Below, piece after piece: positions 13,675 to 25,530 of a stretch of 64,000 nt of DNA. The stretch covers positions 15,245,407 to 15,309,406 of the forward strand of contig NC_057718.1 in NCBI RefSeq assembly GCF_004010195.1. The letters are read 5' to 3'. The notes below the pieces were generated by a model. It had not been told where the DNA came from, made no database searches, and was given only the letters and a program-made list of their open reading frames with translations. Within the stretch, counting starts at the first letter, position 1. Every line of letters begins with the position of its first letter. The translations under genes were made by a program, and so were the position numbers. This stretch comes from Chiloscyllium plagiosum (lineage: Eukaryota).

Positions 13675-14300
13675 AGCCTCCTTAGAGTGCAATGGCAGTG
13701 CCTCACCTCTGGACCAAGGTCCTGATTCAAGTCTAACCTGCTCCTGATGCATGAACCAACATCTCTGAACAGATTGATTCAAGAAGAGTGAGCAGAACCA
13801 AAGGCCTTTGTGGCACAGCAGTAGCATCCATACCTCCAAGCCAGGAGGCCTGGGTTCAAATCCCACCGGTCCCAGAGACGTGCACTAATCATGGAGAATT
13901 TGATTAGAAAATAGGTTGAAAAAATTAAGTGCGAGTACAAGGGACTGTAGTGATGTCGTGTACTGCCCTACGGACAAGGAGGCCCAGGTTCAAGACCCAC
14001 TTGCTCCATCCTCCTGAGAGAATGGGTCATCTCTCTAAACTGGTGGATTTAGAAATATCTGTAGGAGATTGGCTTGGGCCAGAAGTTGTGTGTTTAAGTC
14101 CCATCTGCTCCAGAAGTATGAGACAGTAAGAGTGAATAGCATGTCCAAACAGGTTGATTGAAAAAAAAAAGCCTGCCTATTAAGGGCTGTTGTGGTGCAG
14201 TGGTAGTTTCCTAACTCTGAGCCAGGAGACTCAGATTCAATTCCTACGTTACTCCAGGAGGAATGTGATAACATCTGTCTGAACTTGTTTACAAAATATT
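13675..14300 (+). repeat. Head-to-tail array of about 5 diverged tRNA-derived units (~120-130 bp)
   Basis: Each unit has an A-box-like start (e.g. gtggtgcagtggtag), a B-box-like g(g/a)ttcaa..cc and a tail resembling aacatctctgaacaggttgattagaaaata. Confidence 0.65.
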
Positions 14301-16491
14301 TATGAATGAACATTAAATAAACTATCCACAAGGATGTCACTGACTAGTTTGGACCCAAATTGACACCTAGACCAAATTATTGATAAACCTCCTCAGAATA
14401 ACCAGCCTGTGTCTTTCTGGTGACCAGTCAGCCTGTGTCTCTCAGTCACATGAAGATCAGATCAGCTTAATATGGCAGATTTCCAACCAGTAAAAGGAAA
14501 TTATAATCCAAATAGGTCAGTTTAGTTCAGTTGGCTGCATAGCTGGCTTGTGATACATAGTGCTGCCAATAATGTGTGTTCAATTCCTATACTGGCTGTG
14601 GGTAACTACGAAGGGGTCTCCCTCTTAATCTTTCAAAGATTTAACTTGATGCATGGTGCCAAGTTCTCCTTTCTGATTAAAAAGGTATTGCCTTTTCAGA
14701 CATGGCAAATTTATATTACTTTAATAATCCAAATAGGTTTTTAAAAACATTAATCCAATAGTCCCCATGACAGATGAGCATTTAGTTTCATAAATATTAC
14801 AATGTTGAATTTAAGTCAACTGGTGTGATTTGAACTCATGACCGCAAAGCATTAGCTGGACCCCTAGATTACGAGTCCAGCAATAATACCTATACCCCAC
14901 CATCCCTATCATTGGCAGCTTTAGGACACCCATGTCCTTGCCTACAGAAGGTTAATTTTATCCTGACCACGAACCAAAAACATGAAGAGGCCTAAATCCT
15001 AACACCCAGATCTTGATATGATAACTTGATAGCTATGTAACCAGATAGGCAACACAGACAGAGTTCAAGTCTCAATCACATTGAAAGTTGAGAAATTGAC
15101 TGCAATTAATAATAACTTTGTGGGTTGGCAGAATAGCAAGAAAAAGAACACAAAAGTGATTGTTCTGTTGTAACCACCCAACTGATAGACATCACTTCCC
15201 TGAAGAATGAGTGTATCAGACTCCAATTCTACTGTGCGTGGTTTAATACTTGTACCCTTAAGACAACAAGGGATTGACAAGAACAAACATTTTTTTCTTT
15301 TTAAAAAAAAAGTATCTTGCCTTGAGAAGAACTGGTCTAAAACAGATTCGAGCAATACCAATTCTTCAAAGCAACATCATGGACTGCAAGTCAGGAAAGA
15401 ATGCAAAAAAAAACCAGGGAGGAGTCAGTGAATTGGAGGAGATTTGGGGCTTGGTGAGTGGGGCAGGGGGCGTGTGCAGGGTAAACTGAACTGGAGCGAA
15501 ACAATCTTTGGAGAATTTGAATTTGCTTTGATTTTCAACCACAACTAGAGACTTGATTATGACACTAATCTTACATAGATTAAACTGGCTTAAATTGCAG
15601 CAATAAATCAATACCACAGGTTTACATTAAAAACTTACCTCCCATAGGCAACATTTCTGAGGAACCTCACATTTCCTTCCAATTATCTTTATTTGCCTCT
15701 GTCACTGCTACCTACGGAATTTCTTTTTCCTCAGCTAAATATTTGTATCACCATCCCCAAAAGAGAGACTCAATTTTTATAAAAACCATTAAAATTTAAA
15801 TTCCAATGATATTTTGCCCCCCAAGTAGTTTTAATTTCTTGATGTGATTTGTGATATCCCTTGAGCTACACTTGTGTAAAATAGCTTTTTCATGAAATAC
15901 TGACAATGAACCCTTTGAGAGTGTTGCAGTTTTTCAGAATAACTCAAGCTTTCTATCATTTTTTTTAAACTCAATGTTAATAGAGTTGAAGCAGCCTTTC
16001 CAACAGAGTACTGGAAAGTTGCTGTGTTGGCATCTTTTCATCAGCAAAGGGTCATTTCATCCCATGTCACTAAATAGAGGTCTACCAATGGATTAGTGGT
16101 GCTTACAAAAATAAAGAGATCACAAAACAAGGTACATCAGCTACAGCCAACATTCCTTCAGCTACCTTCAGCCTCACAAAACCTTGGCTGAAATCAACTT
16201 GACATGTATCATCGATCTTGGCTTCCTGGCATCATCGACTAATGTAAGATCAAGAAGGAGGGCATTCAGCCCTTCAAGACTATTCCACAACTGAATCATG
16301 GTTGACCATCTACCTCAACACCATTGCCCTGTGCTATCTCTTCCCTGCTGAGTGGGGCAGTTGAGGTCACCTCATTGAATGATTTTTGAACTGTGGAGGA
16401 ATTAGGGGGTTGTGATGAGCAGGGTGGGGAAAGCAGAATTGAGTCCATGAAATGACCGGCCATGGCGGGGTGGGCTTGGCAGGTTGGATGA

Positions 16492-16721
16492 GCATTGAGA
16501 GGGTGTTGCTGCAAAAGCACAGCAGGTCAGGCAGCAGAGGACCAGGGGGAAAGAAAAGACATTTCAGGCCGGAGCCCTTCATCAGGGAAGAGGCCTCATT
16601 CCTGAATAAGGGCTCCGGCCCGAAATGTTGGTTTCCCTGCTCCTCGGATGCTGCCTGACCTGCTGTGCTTTTCCAGCAACACATAACTTTGATCTCCAAC
16701 ATCTGCAGACCTCATTGTCTC
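16492..16721. mobile_element. Fold-back PLE-derived element (family A), two inverted arms
   Basis: Arm ending agcccttcatcagg faces cctgaataagggctccggcccgaaatgttg. 17-bp TSD cttg(g/a)caggttggatga at 16475-16491 and 16722-16738. Confidence 0.85.
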
Positions 16722-17121
16722 CTTGACAGGTTGGATGACATACTTTATTTCTTGTGTTATGTTCTTGAATATTTATAAATCTATCAATCTCTGTCTTGAA
16801 TTATATTCAATGAGTGAGCTTCCACAGTGCTTTGGGGTAAATATTTCCAAAGATTCACCACGCTGGAGTGAAGAAATTCCTCCTCATAACAGTCCTAAAT
16901 GGCCTACTCTTTATTCTGAGACAACACCCCTGGTGCTGGACAACCAGGGGAAACATCCTTCCCACATTAATCAATCAAGCCCAATAAAGAATTATGTTTC
17001 AACTAGATCACTTCTTAAGTTCAACAGAATATAGGCGTAGTCTCCCCAAACTCCCCTTGTTGCACAAATTTCCAGAATGATCACATCCCTCCTCTCTCCC
17101 ACAACTAATATACGTTAGTCG

Positions 17122-17349
17122 TTGGATTAGATTACTTTACAGTGTGGAAACAGCCCTTCGGCCCAACAAGTCCACACCAACCCGCCGAAGCGCAACCCAC
17201 CCATACCCCTATATTTACCCCTTACTAACACTACAGGCAATTTAGCATGGCCAATCCACCTAACCTGCACATCTTTGGACTGTGGGAGGTTGAACCCGGG
17301 TCTCTGGCGCTGTGAGGCAACAGTGCTAACCACTGTGCCACCGTGCCGC
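17122..17349 (-). mobile_element. HE1-type V-SINE with internal deletion
   Basis: tRNA head joined directly to the distal V-domain; (TAATC)n tail. Confidence 0.85.
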
Positions 17350-17950
17350 TCTCTGGAAACCAGTCACAAGTCAGCTTCAGCCAGCCAATGGCTCATAGTT
17401 GTAAACATGTGAGGTTGATCAACACCTCAGAACAGCTGGCTTGGTTGGAGAATATGGATTTACACTCCTTGGTAAGAAACAAATTCAGGAGAGATTTGAT
17501 AGAGATATACAAGATTATGGAAGATATGAATAAGGGAAGACAAAGAAGAAAGAAAGAACAAAGAAAATTTACAGGCCAGGAACAGGCCCTTTGACCCTCC
17601 AAGCTTGAGCTGATCCAAATATACTGTCTAAATCTATTGGTCAACTCCTAAGCATCTGTATCCCTCTGCTCCCCACCTACTCGTGCATCTGCCCAGACGC
17701 ACCTTAAAATGAATCTACCGGGCCTGCCTCTTCCACCTCTGCTGGCAATGTGTTCCAGACACCTGCCACCCTCTGTGTGAAGTACTTACCACGTGTATCC
17801 CCCTTAAACTTACCACCTCTCACTTTGAAAGCATTACCTCTCGTTATTGAATCCCTCACCCTGGGAAAAAGCTTGTCTCTATCCACCCTGTCTATACCCT
17901 TCATGATTTTGTAAACCTCAATCAGGTCCCCCCTCAATCTCCTTTTTTCT

Positions 17951-18076
17951 NNNNNNNNNNNNNNNNNNNNNNNNNNNNNNNNNNNNNNNNNNNNNNNNNN
18001 NNNNNNNNNNNNNNNNNNNNNNNNNNNNNNNNNNNNNNNNNNNNNNNNNNNNNNNNNNNNNNNNNNNNNNNNNNNN
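17951..18076. other. Assembly gap
   Basis: Run of N. Confidence 1.
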
Positions 18077-18337
18077 GCACTCCCAGATCTCTCTGCCCAT
18101 CAACTTTTCCAAGGCTCTTCCATTCATTGTATAATTCGCTCGAGGATTGGACTTGCCTCAATGCATCACCTCACATTTGTCTGGATTGAAAGCCATCTGC
18201 CACTTTTCCACCCAACTCTCCATTCTATGTATATCCTCCTGGATTCTCTGACAGTCCCTTGAGCTTTCTGCCACTCCAACAATCTTTGTGTCATCTGCAA
18301 ACTTGCTTATCATACCAACAGTGCCCTTTTCTAGATC

Positions 18338-18553
18338 GTTAAAAATCACACAACACCAGGTTATAGTCCAACAGGTTTAATTGGAAGCACACTAGCTTTC
18401 GGAGCGACGCTCCTTCATCAGGGGGACTATCACCTGATGAAGGAGCGTCGCTCCGAAAGCTAGTGTGCTTCCAATTAAACCTGTTGGACTATAACCTGGT
18501 GTTGTGTGATTTTTAACTTTGTACACCCCAGTCCAACACCGGCATCTCCGAAT
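18338..18553. mobile_element. Fold-back PLE-derived element (family C): perfect 85-bp inverted repeat
   Basis: Arms 18338-18422 and 18433-18517 are exact reverse complements. 12-bp TSD cttttctagatc at 18326-18337 and 18554-18565. Confidence 0.92.
18434..18462 (+). ncRNA. Minimal hammerhead ribozyme motif (mirror copy on minus strand at ~18393-18421)
   Basis: CTGATGA-A-GGAGC-gtc-GCTCC-GAAA-GCT-A: core boxes, 5-bp helix II, palindromic AGCT in place of helix III. Confidence 0.7.
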
Positions 18554-21500
18554 CTTTTCTAGATCATTTATGTATATTACAAACAACAGTAGCCCCAATA
18601 CGGACCCCTGTGGAACACCTTTCTCCATTTCAAAGAAAAGCTGTTTCCATTACCTGATGGTACAAAGGACGAAGAGATGCATTTAAGTGGGCAAGAGGTA
18701 CAGGCAGATATGAGGACAACTTATTTTTGAAAACACAGCAAGCGGTAAGGACCTGGAACAAGAAGGTGGGGAGAAAGGAAATACAATGCCTGCCAAAAGG
18801 AAATCGAATGAGGAATTGGGGGAAAATAAGCCTAAAAGGATAAAAGGGCTAAAAGGATAAGGCGGGGAGTGGGAGCTGACTGGACTACATGGAGAGCTGT
18901 GATGGACATGAGGACTGAATGGCCTCTTTCCAGACTACCGGGGCTTGAAGTATAAATCGTCCATTTTTGTCGTGGGATTCACCATTCAATCTTTCCCTGG
19001 AGTAAATCAGCTGTTTTCATTCAACATCGACATTTTGAAGAAAGGACTGCATTTCACAATCTCAGGGCAAAACAAATTGAAGTATTTGTCAAGTTTGGTC
19101 ACTTGTAGGAAATGCCACAGCCAATTTGCACTTAATCAAAATGCCACAAATCACCAGGTTGTCTTCCTGGATACCAAACATAAGCCCATTTGGAAAAGCA
19201 AACAAGAATCTGCTAAAGGCAGCAAGTGGGTGACAACAAAAGACCTCCACAAGGCAACAAAATGCAAATGTCACAAACTGCACTCCAATACTGCATTCAG
19301 ATCTGGACTATTCTAACACAGCATACTGAGAAATTCCACCATCAAAACATCTACTTCACCCTCCAAATTCAAACAGCAGACCCACTGTGCAAATGCTTCT
19401 TACACCACCTCCACAACCGTCCAGGCTAACCTGCTGCAAAAAGCTGACTACAATGGGCCAGATGTTGTCAGGATGGTTAGAAACAACCTTTGATCCAGCA
19501 GGTCCTGTTTGTTCAACTTTGAACGCTGATCATTTCAAGGGTAGGACTAAAACAATGTTACACTTGGTCTCTCCTTGAAGCTTGGAGCATTTATGTTCCT
19601 GTCTCAAAAGGAGCTTGCTACCAAATCATTAAAAATTTACAACAATTTGCCAAAACAGTATCATGGTTCCAGTCCAAATGTCTTAATGATGAGACAAAAA
19701 GACTGCACTCCACATTCACCACCTTGTGTGACATCCGACCTCACACTGCTCAAAGACCTGCAGGTTGAGAATTGGCTTGTTCATTCTCATAAAGATTCAG
19801 GGCAGAAACCCATGACTGAGTGAATATGATCCTAAAGTCTTGAGACAACTAACCAGAACCACCAGGTCTGTACTGAAGCATCAGCCGAGACGTTTGAGCT
19901 CACGCATTTGGAGTGGGAGCTGAATCCTCAACCATCTGAACCAGAGCTGGAAGGAGAAAGCACTGTTGCAGGATCATTTACCAAAACAAAATGGCAAAAC
20001 TGGACAACTAGATGGTCATTCTGATGTTTGCTAACACTGAAGATTGTCATGGAATATGAAGTATATAAACATTGCTACCGGTTCTGTTCCTAAATTCAAA
20101 AAGCAAGTCATTCTAGCCAATTGCCCAACAATTAGCTTACACTCCCTTTAATGAAAGCCTTCCCATAAAAGTAATTGATTTTAAAAAAGTTTTGATGGCT
20201 TAACAAATCACAGAAATCCTCTTTTACACATTTGAATTAATGCCTCGTTCCAATTTCTTCCTGCAAGTCATAACTGCCCTCCACAGAACCCCGCTAAATA
20301 CTTTAAACAACTTGGCTAATGAAGCACACTATCTCTACCACCATTAAGATCACAATCTGGTTTTCTCGAAATTTCACTCATATGAACCAACAGCCATTCG
20401 ATAATTTTCCAAAAAAATGATTGTTTGAAAAACATTTCCTATTTCAACATTCAAGAAAAAAAAAAGTCATTTCTAGTCCAAACACATGGCTTATTTTTGG
20501 CAGTAGCCTAGCACCAATGAAACAAAGAGAAACTCATGGGAATTGCACTGAGTTCCAAGAGACCTCAGAGTATGTTTTACTCAGACCCAAACCTACAGAA
20601 AATATCAATCTTACTGAGATAAAAAAGTGTTAAGTGCACATTTAATTCTGTGCATATGCAGATGGCAGGAGCATATCTAAAACTTGCAGCTGTTGAGTCA
20701 GAAAAAGTGAAAGATTTATTTGCAAAGCAAGATTAAGAATGACAGAAGATTCTCACTCTTCATCAACTGCATTTTCAGAATAGGACAGTTGGTAGATGTC
20801 ACCTATCTTTGTGCAATTGCTTCTCAAAGTCAGAGATCAAGTTGTTATATGCTAATCTTACAAAGAACTTGTAAGGGGCAGACTAACCATTCTTGCGGCT
20901 ATGGAGGTAAATACAACAGACTCTTGGAGAAAATTACAAGAATCCACAGTTCAAACAACTCCACTGATGCATTTTATTATTCATACTGCACAGAATTACC
21001 TCCCTACTCCCTGTCCCCCTTCATCTAAACCCTATGAAAATATCCTTCGCAGCCTTCTGAAATTGTGCACGAGAGGAAGAAGGCATGCTGGTGGCAATAG
21101 GGGTGGAGGTAAACTGAGACACATATGTCAAATACCCCTGGACCACCTTTGTCACTCTGCACTGCAGGTAAAACAATTCAGTACCTGAAGCCAGCAAGCT
21201 AGACAAACTGGAACAGAACAAGGAGGATTCTCATCGAGTGCTTCCATCATTAAAAGGAAATGTGACAAAAGGATTTCAATTAACTGCAAAGCCAAGGATC
21301 CTGAAAAATCAACTATTGATTACAAGTGATCCAGACTGACCAGACCAATTAGTGTATTTTTTTCATTCAGATCTTATTCCTAATCTACATGGATGTGTGT
21401 TGTTTTACTAACCAACCTTTTCATACTTAGTAGCTAGTAAATTCAATATTTTATTACCTCGAGAAAGCCTGGTTGAAGTAGCAGCTTTTAAAGTGAAAAG

Positions 21501-24500
21501 TCATTTCATCTGGGAGAAACGGTATTCACTAGGGAAGGGATCCTTGTGACCGACCAAAGGGTCGGGTGGAAAACAAAAGAGGAATCAGTTCATCCTCTCT
21601 CACCCAGAAGCATAACCATTTGGGATTTGACATCTGAAATCATAGCTTAGGAAGCCTCAGCTGGGATCCAGTCACAATACACGCTGAAAGGATTGAAGGG
21701 GAAATTTATTGGATGGGGAAAACTATACCAACACATTCAAGACAAGAAAGTCAGCAAGATGCTGCAGTCACATGGAAACTTTCTCTCCACAAAACATCCA
21801 TCCAGATTGAAGCTTTAAGGACAGTTTGTTTCTACTGTATCCCAAATGTTAAATCAGATGCCTCACTGGTCAGACGAAGTTGGATGAAATTGGATACATC
21901 AGCTAGGTTTACACATCACTATTACTGTACTCTCTTCCATCATCTCATTACCCTTCAGCAATTAAACATAAAAAAAGGTACACAGCATTGGCTGCACAAC
22001 TCACATACAAGACTTAAGACATATGGCACAGAAATAGACCCTTGAGCCCAGCTCGGCCTAGATGAGCATGCTCCACTTGAAGCTCATTCCATTTTTTTGT
22101 CATCTAAACATAAACATCTTAATGTTCTGTTCTTTGTGTTTGTCTAGTTTCCCCTTAAATACATCGATACTGTTCACTCCAACCACACCATATGGGAACA
22201 AGTTCCACATTCTCACTCTCTGGATAGAGAGAGATTTCTTCTAAATTCCCAAATGGGTTTCTCAATAACTGATATTGATGACCAAAAATTATGGTCGTTC
22301 CCCCCAAGAAGGGGGAAGCATTCTGTTTATATCCACTTCATCAAAACCACTCAGAATCTTAAGGACTTCTACGGAGGTCACCCCTCAGCCTTCCCACTTC
22401 AAAAATTAAAGAAAAAAAAACTCAGCTCGTTCGTCCTCTTCCAACAGAGCCATCCTCCTTTTCTAGTATCTGGCCTTGTGAAGCTTTTTTGCACTCTCTC
22501 AGAAACCCTGGACAACATGCTGAGTTCTGCATTCTCAGGCAATAGACTGAAAGGGCTACTCCAATGATTGCCGTTTTCGGGTGGACTGAACAAAAATATA
22601 ATAGAGAAAATTAATTGACCTGAATTAAGTTCCCATCATCAATACAATAGTGTGGCTAATCATGTGGGCTCAGAGAACATCTCTAGATAGAAATAAAGTA
22701 TATTTAGCACCTCAATCTGACGATATAAAGGCAGTTTTATTAAAAGCCTCACACAGAGCAAAGTGATGATTTAATAATGGCTTTTAAATTTTGCATCTCT
22801 CTGATGACCTGTGAGCCAGACACGAAATCAGAATGCAGCAGACAAATGACCTGTTCCCAGGCATCAGCCAAAATGAGTCAAACTGAGGATTGAGTTTAAG
22901 AAGAGTTCATTTTCCTTGCAAAGGGTTATTGGATTTTTAGTGTATTACAAGTAGCTACTAAAAGAGTCAATTGGCGGGGAGGGGAAGGGAATTGGAACTG
23001 CCTCAAGTGAAATTATAAAAAGTATACCTGGCAAAGTCAGGATTAAAATGCATTCACTCAAGAAACCCCATTGAATTTCTGACAATTCTTATTTGTTGCA
23101 TGGCTGGATTTTTGGGTTTTATTTGTTTTTGTCTCTCCTTGTGTAAAATACCTATCAAATTCATTAAACATTACACCCCAAGGCCTACTACAATTAAAAA
23201 ACAAGATCAGTTGTTGGTGGATTTTTTTTTCACCCTCATGTTCAACAGTTATGATGAAAACTGCCACTACACTGTCAGTGCAAGCTGTCACTGCATGACT
23301 TTGCTGCCATCTAATGGCAATAGGTACATACTGCCGTTTATCCTCCAAATGACCTTCTTCAAAAATTTTCACAATGGAATAAAAGAAAGATCGTGCATTT
23401 ATATGACACCATGCGCAACCTTGGGATGTCTAACTGTATCTTAGAGCCACTGATACACCTTTTTTAAGCTTACTCATTGCTGTCATGTAGGAAACTTTCT
23501 AAGCAAAAAAAAGGCAAAAACAGGAATGAGATTATAATCAGTTTTAGAGATGGTTATGAAACAAATATTGACTAGAACACAGAACTCCCTCACTCAGATC
23601 ACTGTGGGAGGACCTTCACCTCAGACCACAGGGAAACTCAAACGTTAGGCAGCAGCACACATGTTGAGAATAAACATTTTTTTTTCCTTCAAGGCTTCCT
23701 CCTGCTTTTCAGTTCAGCTGTTAAACTTTCCTACGCAAACAAGTCACAACTCAAAAGGGAGAGAAGGAAGAGAGCAAAAAAAAACCTTACTTGCAAATAG
23801 AAACATAAAAATTAAAACGACACAAGGCCTCTTTCCACTATTTTCAAATGGAGACCTTCAAAGACAAATTGTTTCAAACAACAAATAAATTATCCTCAAT
23901 TAAAGAGGATAAAAATCGACAGTTGCAATTGGTTGGGGTAGAACAACATTAGAACCGCAGTAAACGAGTGTGTTCCTCTCACCTCACTGTAAACCAGCAA
24001 GAACCTCTGAAATCAAAGGCCTCTTAACCATACACTCACCCACAAACCAGAATAAACAGGCAGTGAGTACACACTGCCTCCAAAAGCAGCCCTAAGGCAT
24101 TTCACTCCAGTTCAGATACAGAGCAGCAGCTGGTCAAAAGGGACGCTGACTGAAATTCCCAAGGAGAATCAAGAGAGAGGGACACAAACCTCTAAAAAGG
24201 TGCGATGGGCAAGGAAAGTAAACAATGCAGTTTTGCCTCCTCATGAAATGCCTACAGTATGGCCTAGTCACAACACACCCTGTTTCGTTAGAAACAATAT
24301 TACAGGTCCTCATGGCAATACCCTCTCTGGACACTGGCACCTGTTTGACTTCATTTTCTGAGTGAGAGACTTCAGGGATGTTTGTATCACCTGTATCATC
24401 ACCAGTTCTGCCAGTCCCTTTATGGCCTTTGTCTGTCACAATGTTTACAGTCCACAATACACCACCACACTGTCCCTCCTCACTCTGTCAATTTTGTATC

Positions 24501-25355
24501 CATGCTACCACTACCTCTTAGTTCAGGAGCTTTAACTTTGCTGATCATTTGGCACTGCATCAAACACACTGGAGGCCCATGTACAATACTTCAATTTCAT
24601 TACCCTCAAATGAATATCAGCATGTTAACGTGATCATGATTTGCTCTTTTAAAAAAAAAACCCTTATGACCCGGCGAGTGTTCCACCAGCCAAGTCAAAT
24701 CCCAGAATGAAACCTGGCTTTAAAATGTTTAATTTTTGCAGTTGTTTTACTGAAATAACTCCACAAAGACTGGTATCCCACCACCAAGTCACCCTTTATT
24801 TCTACGTGCATGATACTGATCCAGCTCCCTCCGAGCCAGCTCGGAGTGAACAGGTTGCTCGACACTCCTGCTCTTTTTTGAGAAAAAAGTTTTTTCTTCT
24901 TCCCCACACTACCGCCTGATAGCAGTAATGCTTATTTTCCACCCCCACCCATGTTGTGTGCACATGCGCAGGTGTCACTGTTTATATCTGGTCAGCCAGG
25001 GCTCCCTGATTGGGACTGTTAACTTGGCCCAGTCAGGGGAATTCATTCTATGCAGTCCATCTGGCTTGACCTCATTCCAATCACTACATCTGTCCCCCTC
25101 TAAGTGCTCATTCTTCTTACAGTTTCTCCGGAGACATTTGCACACCAGCTTTGTACATCAAAGGACCTGACCTTACATTGACCATGCTGGGCCATTCCCA
25201 TGGTTGACACTCCAAACTTTGTCCCCTGAAGTAAACTCCATCGTTCGCTTACAGGAGTTGTGTGCCCAGCTTTGGTGTTTCTGATGTTGTTTCACTTTCT
25301 CCAGCAGGTATAAGATGATTAGATTTAACCTCGCACGGAGTCTCCTCTCTATTGG

Positions 25356-25530
25356 GTAAAAACAATGACTGCAGATGCTGGAAACCAGATTCGGGATTAG
25401 TGGTGCTGGAAGAGCACAGCAGTTCAGGCAGCATCCGAGGAGCAGTGAAAAAAAAAAATTTTTTTTTAAAATTAAGAATAAAAATCGGCGTTTCCGGCAA
25501 AAGCCCTTAATCAGGAATACAGGCAGAGTG
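25356..25530 (-). mobile_element. PLE terminal fragment (family A variant) nested in the Gypsy element
   Basis: aaaaacaatgactgcagatgctggaaaccag...gcagcatccgagg...aaagcccttaatcagg, same arm as 44291. Imperfect TSD tc(t/c)ctattgg. Confidence 0.8.

Larger units (their letters stand above)
17545..18625 (-). mobile_element. CR1-clade LINE 3' fragment, spanning a gap and interrupted by a PLE hairpin
   Basis: GVPQGSVLG.LLFVIYINDL, ISKFADDTK, KWQMAFNPDKCEVMH, RGDLIEVYKIM; TTCT-rich tail. Confidence 0.9.

Noticed and set aside
13675..14300. CRISPR-like array
   Set aside because: Eukaryotic context; units are long, diverged and tRNA-like, with no cas genes.
15636..15735. Minus-strand exon candidate with strong GAG|GTAAGT donor
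   Set aside because: Stops in the plausible frames and no SMYD similarity.
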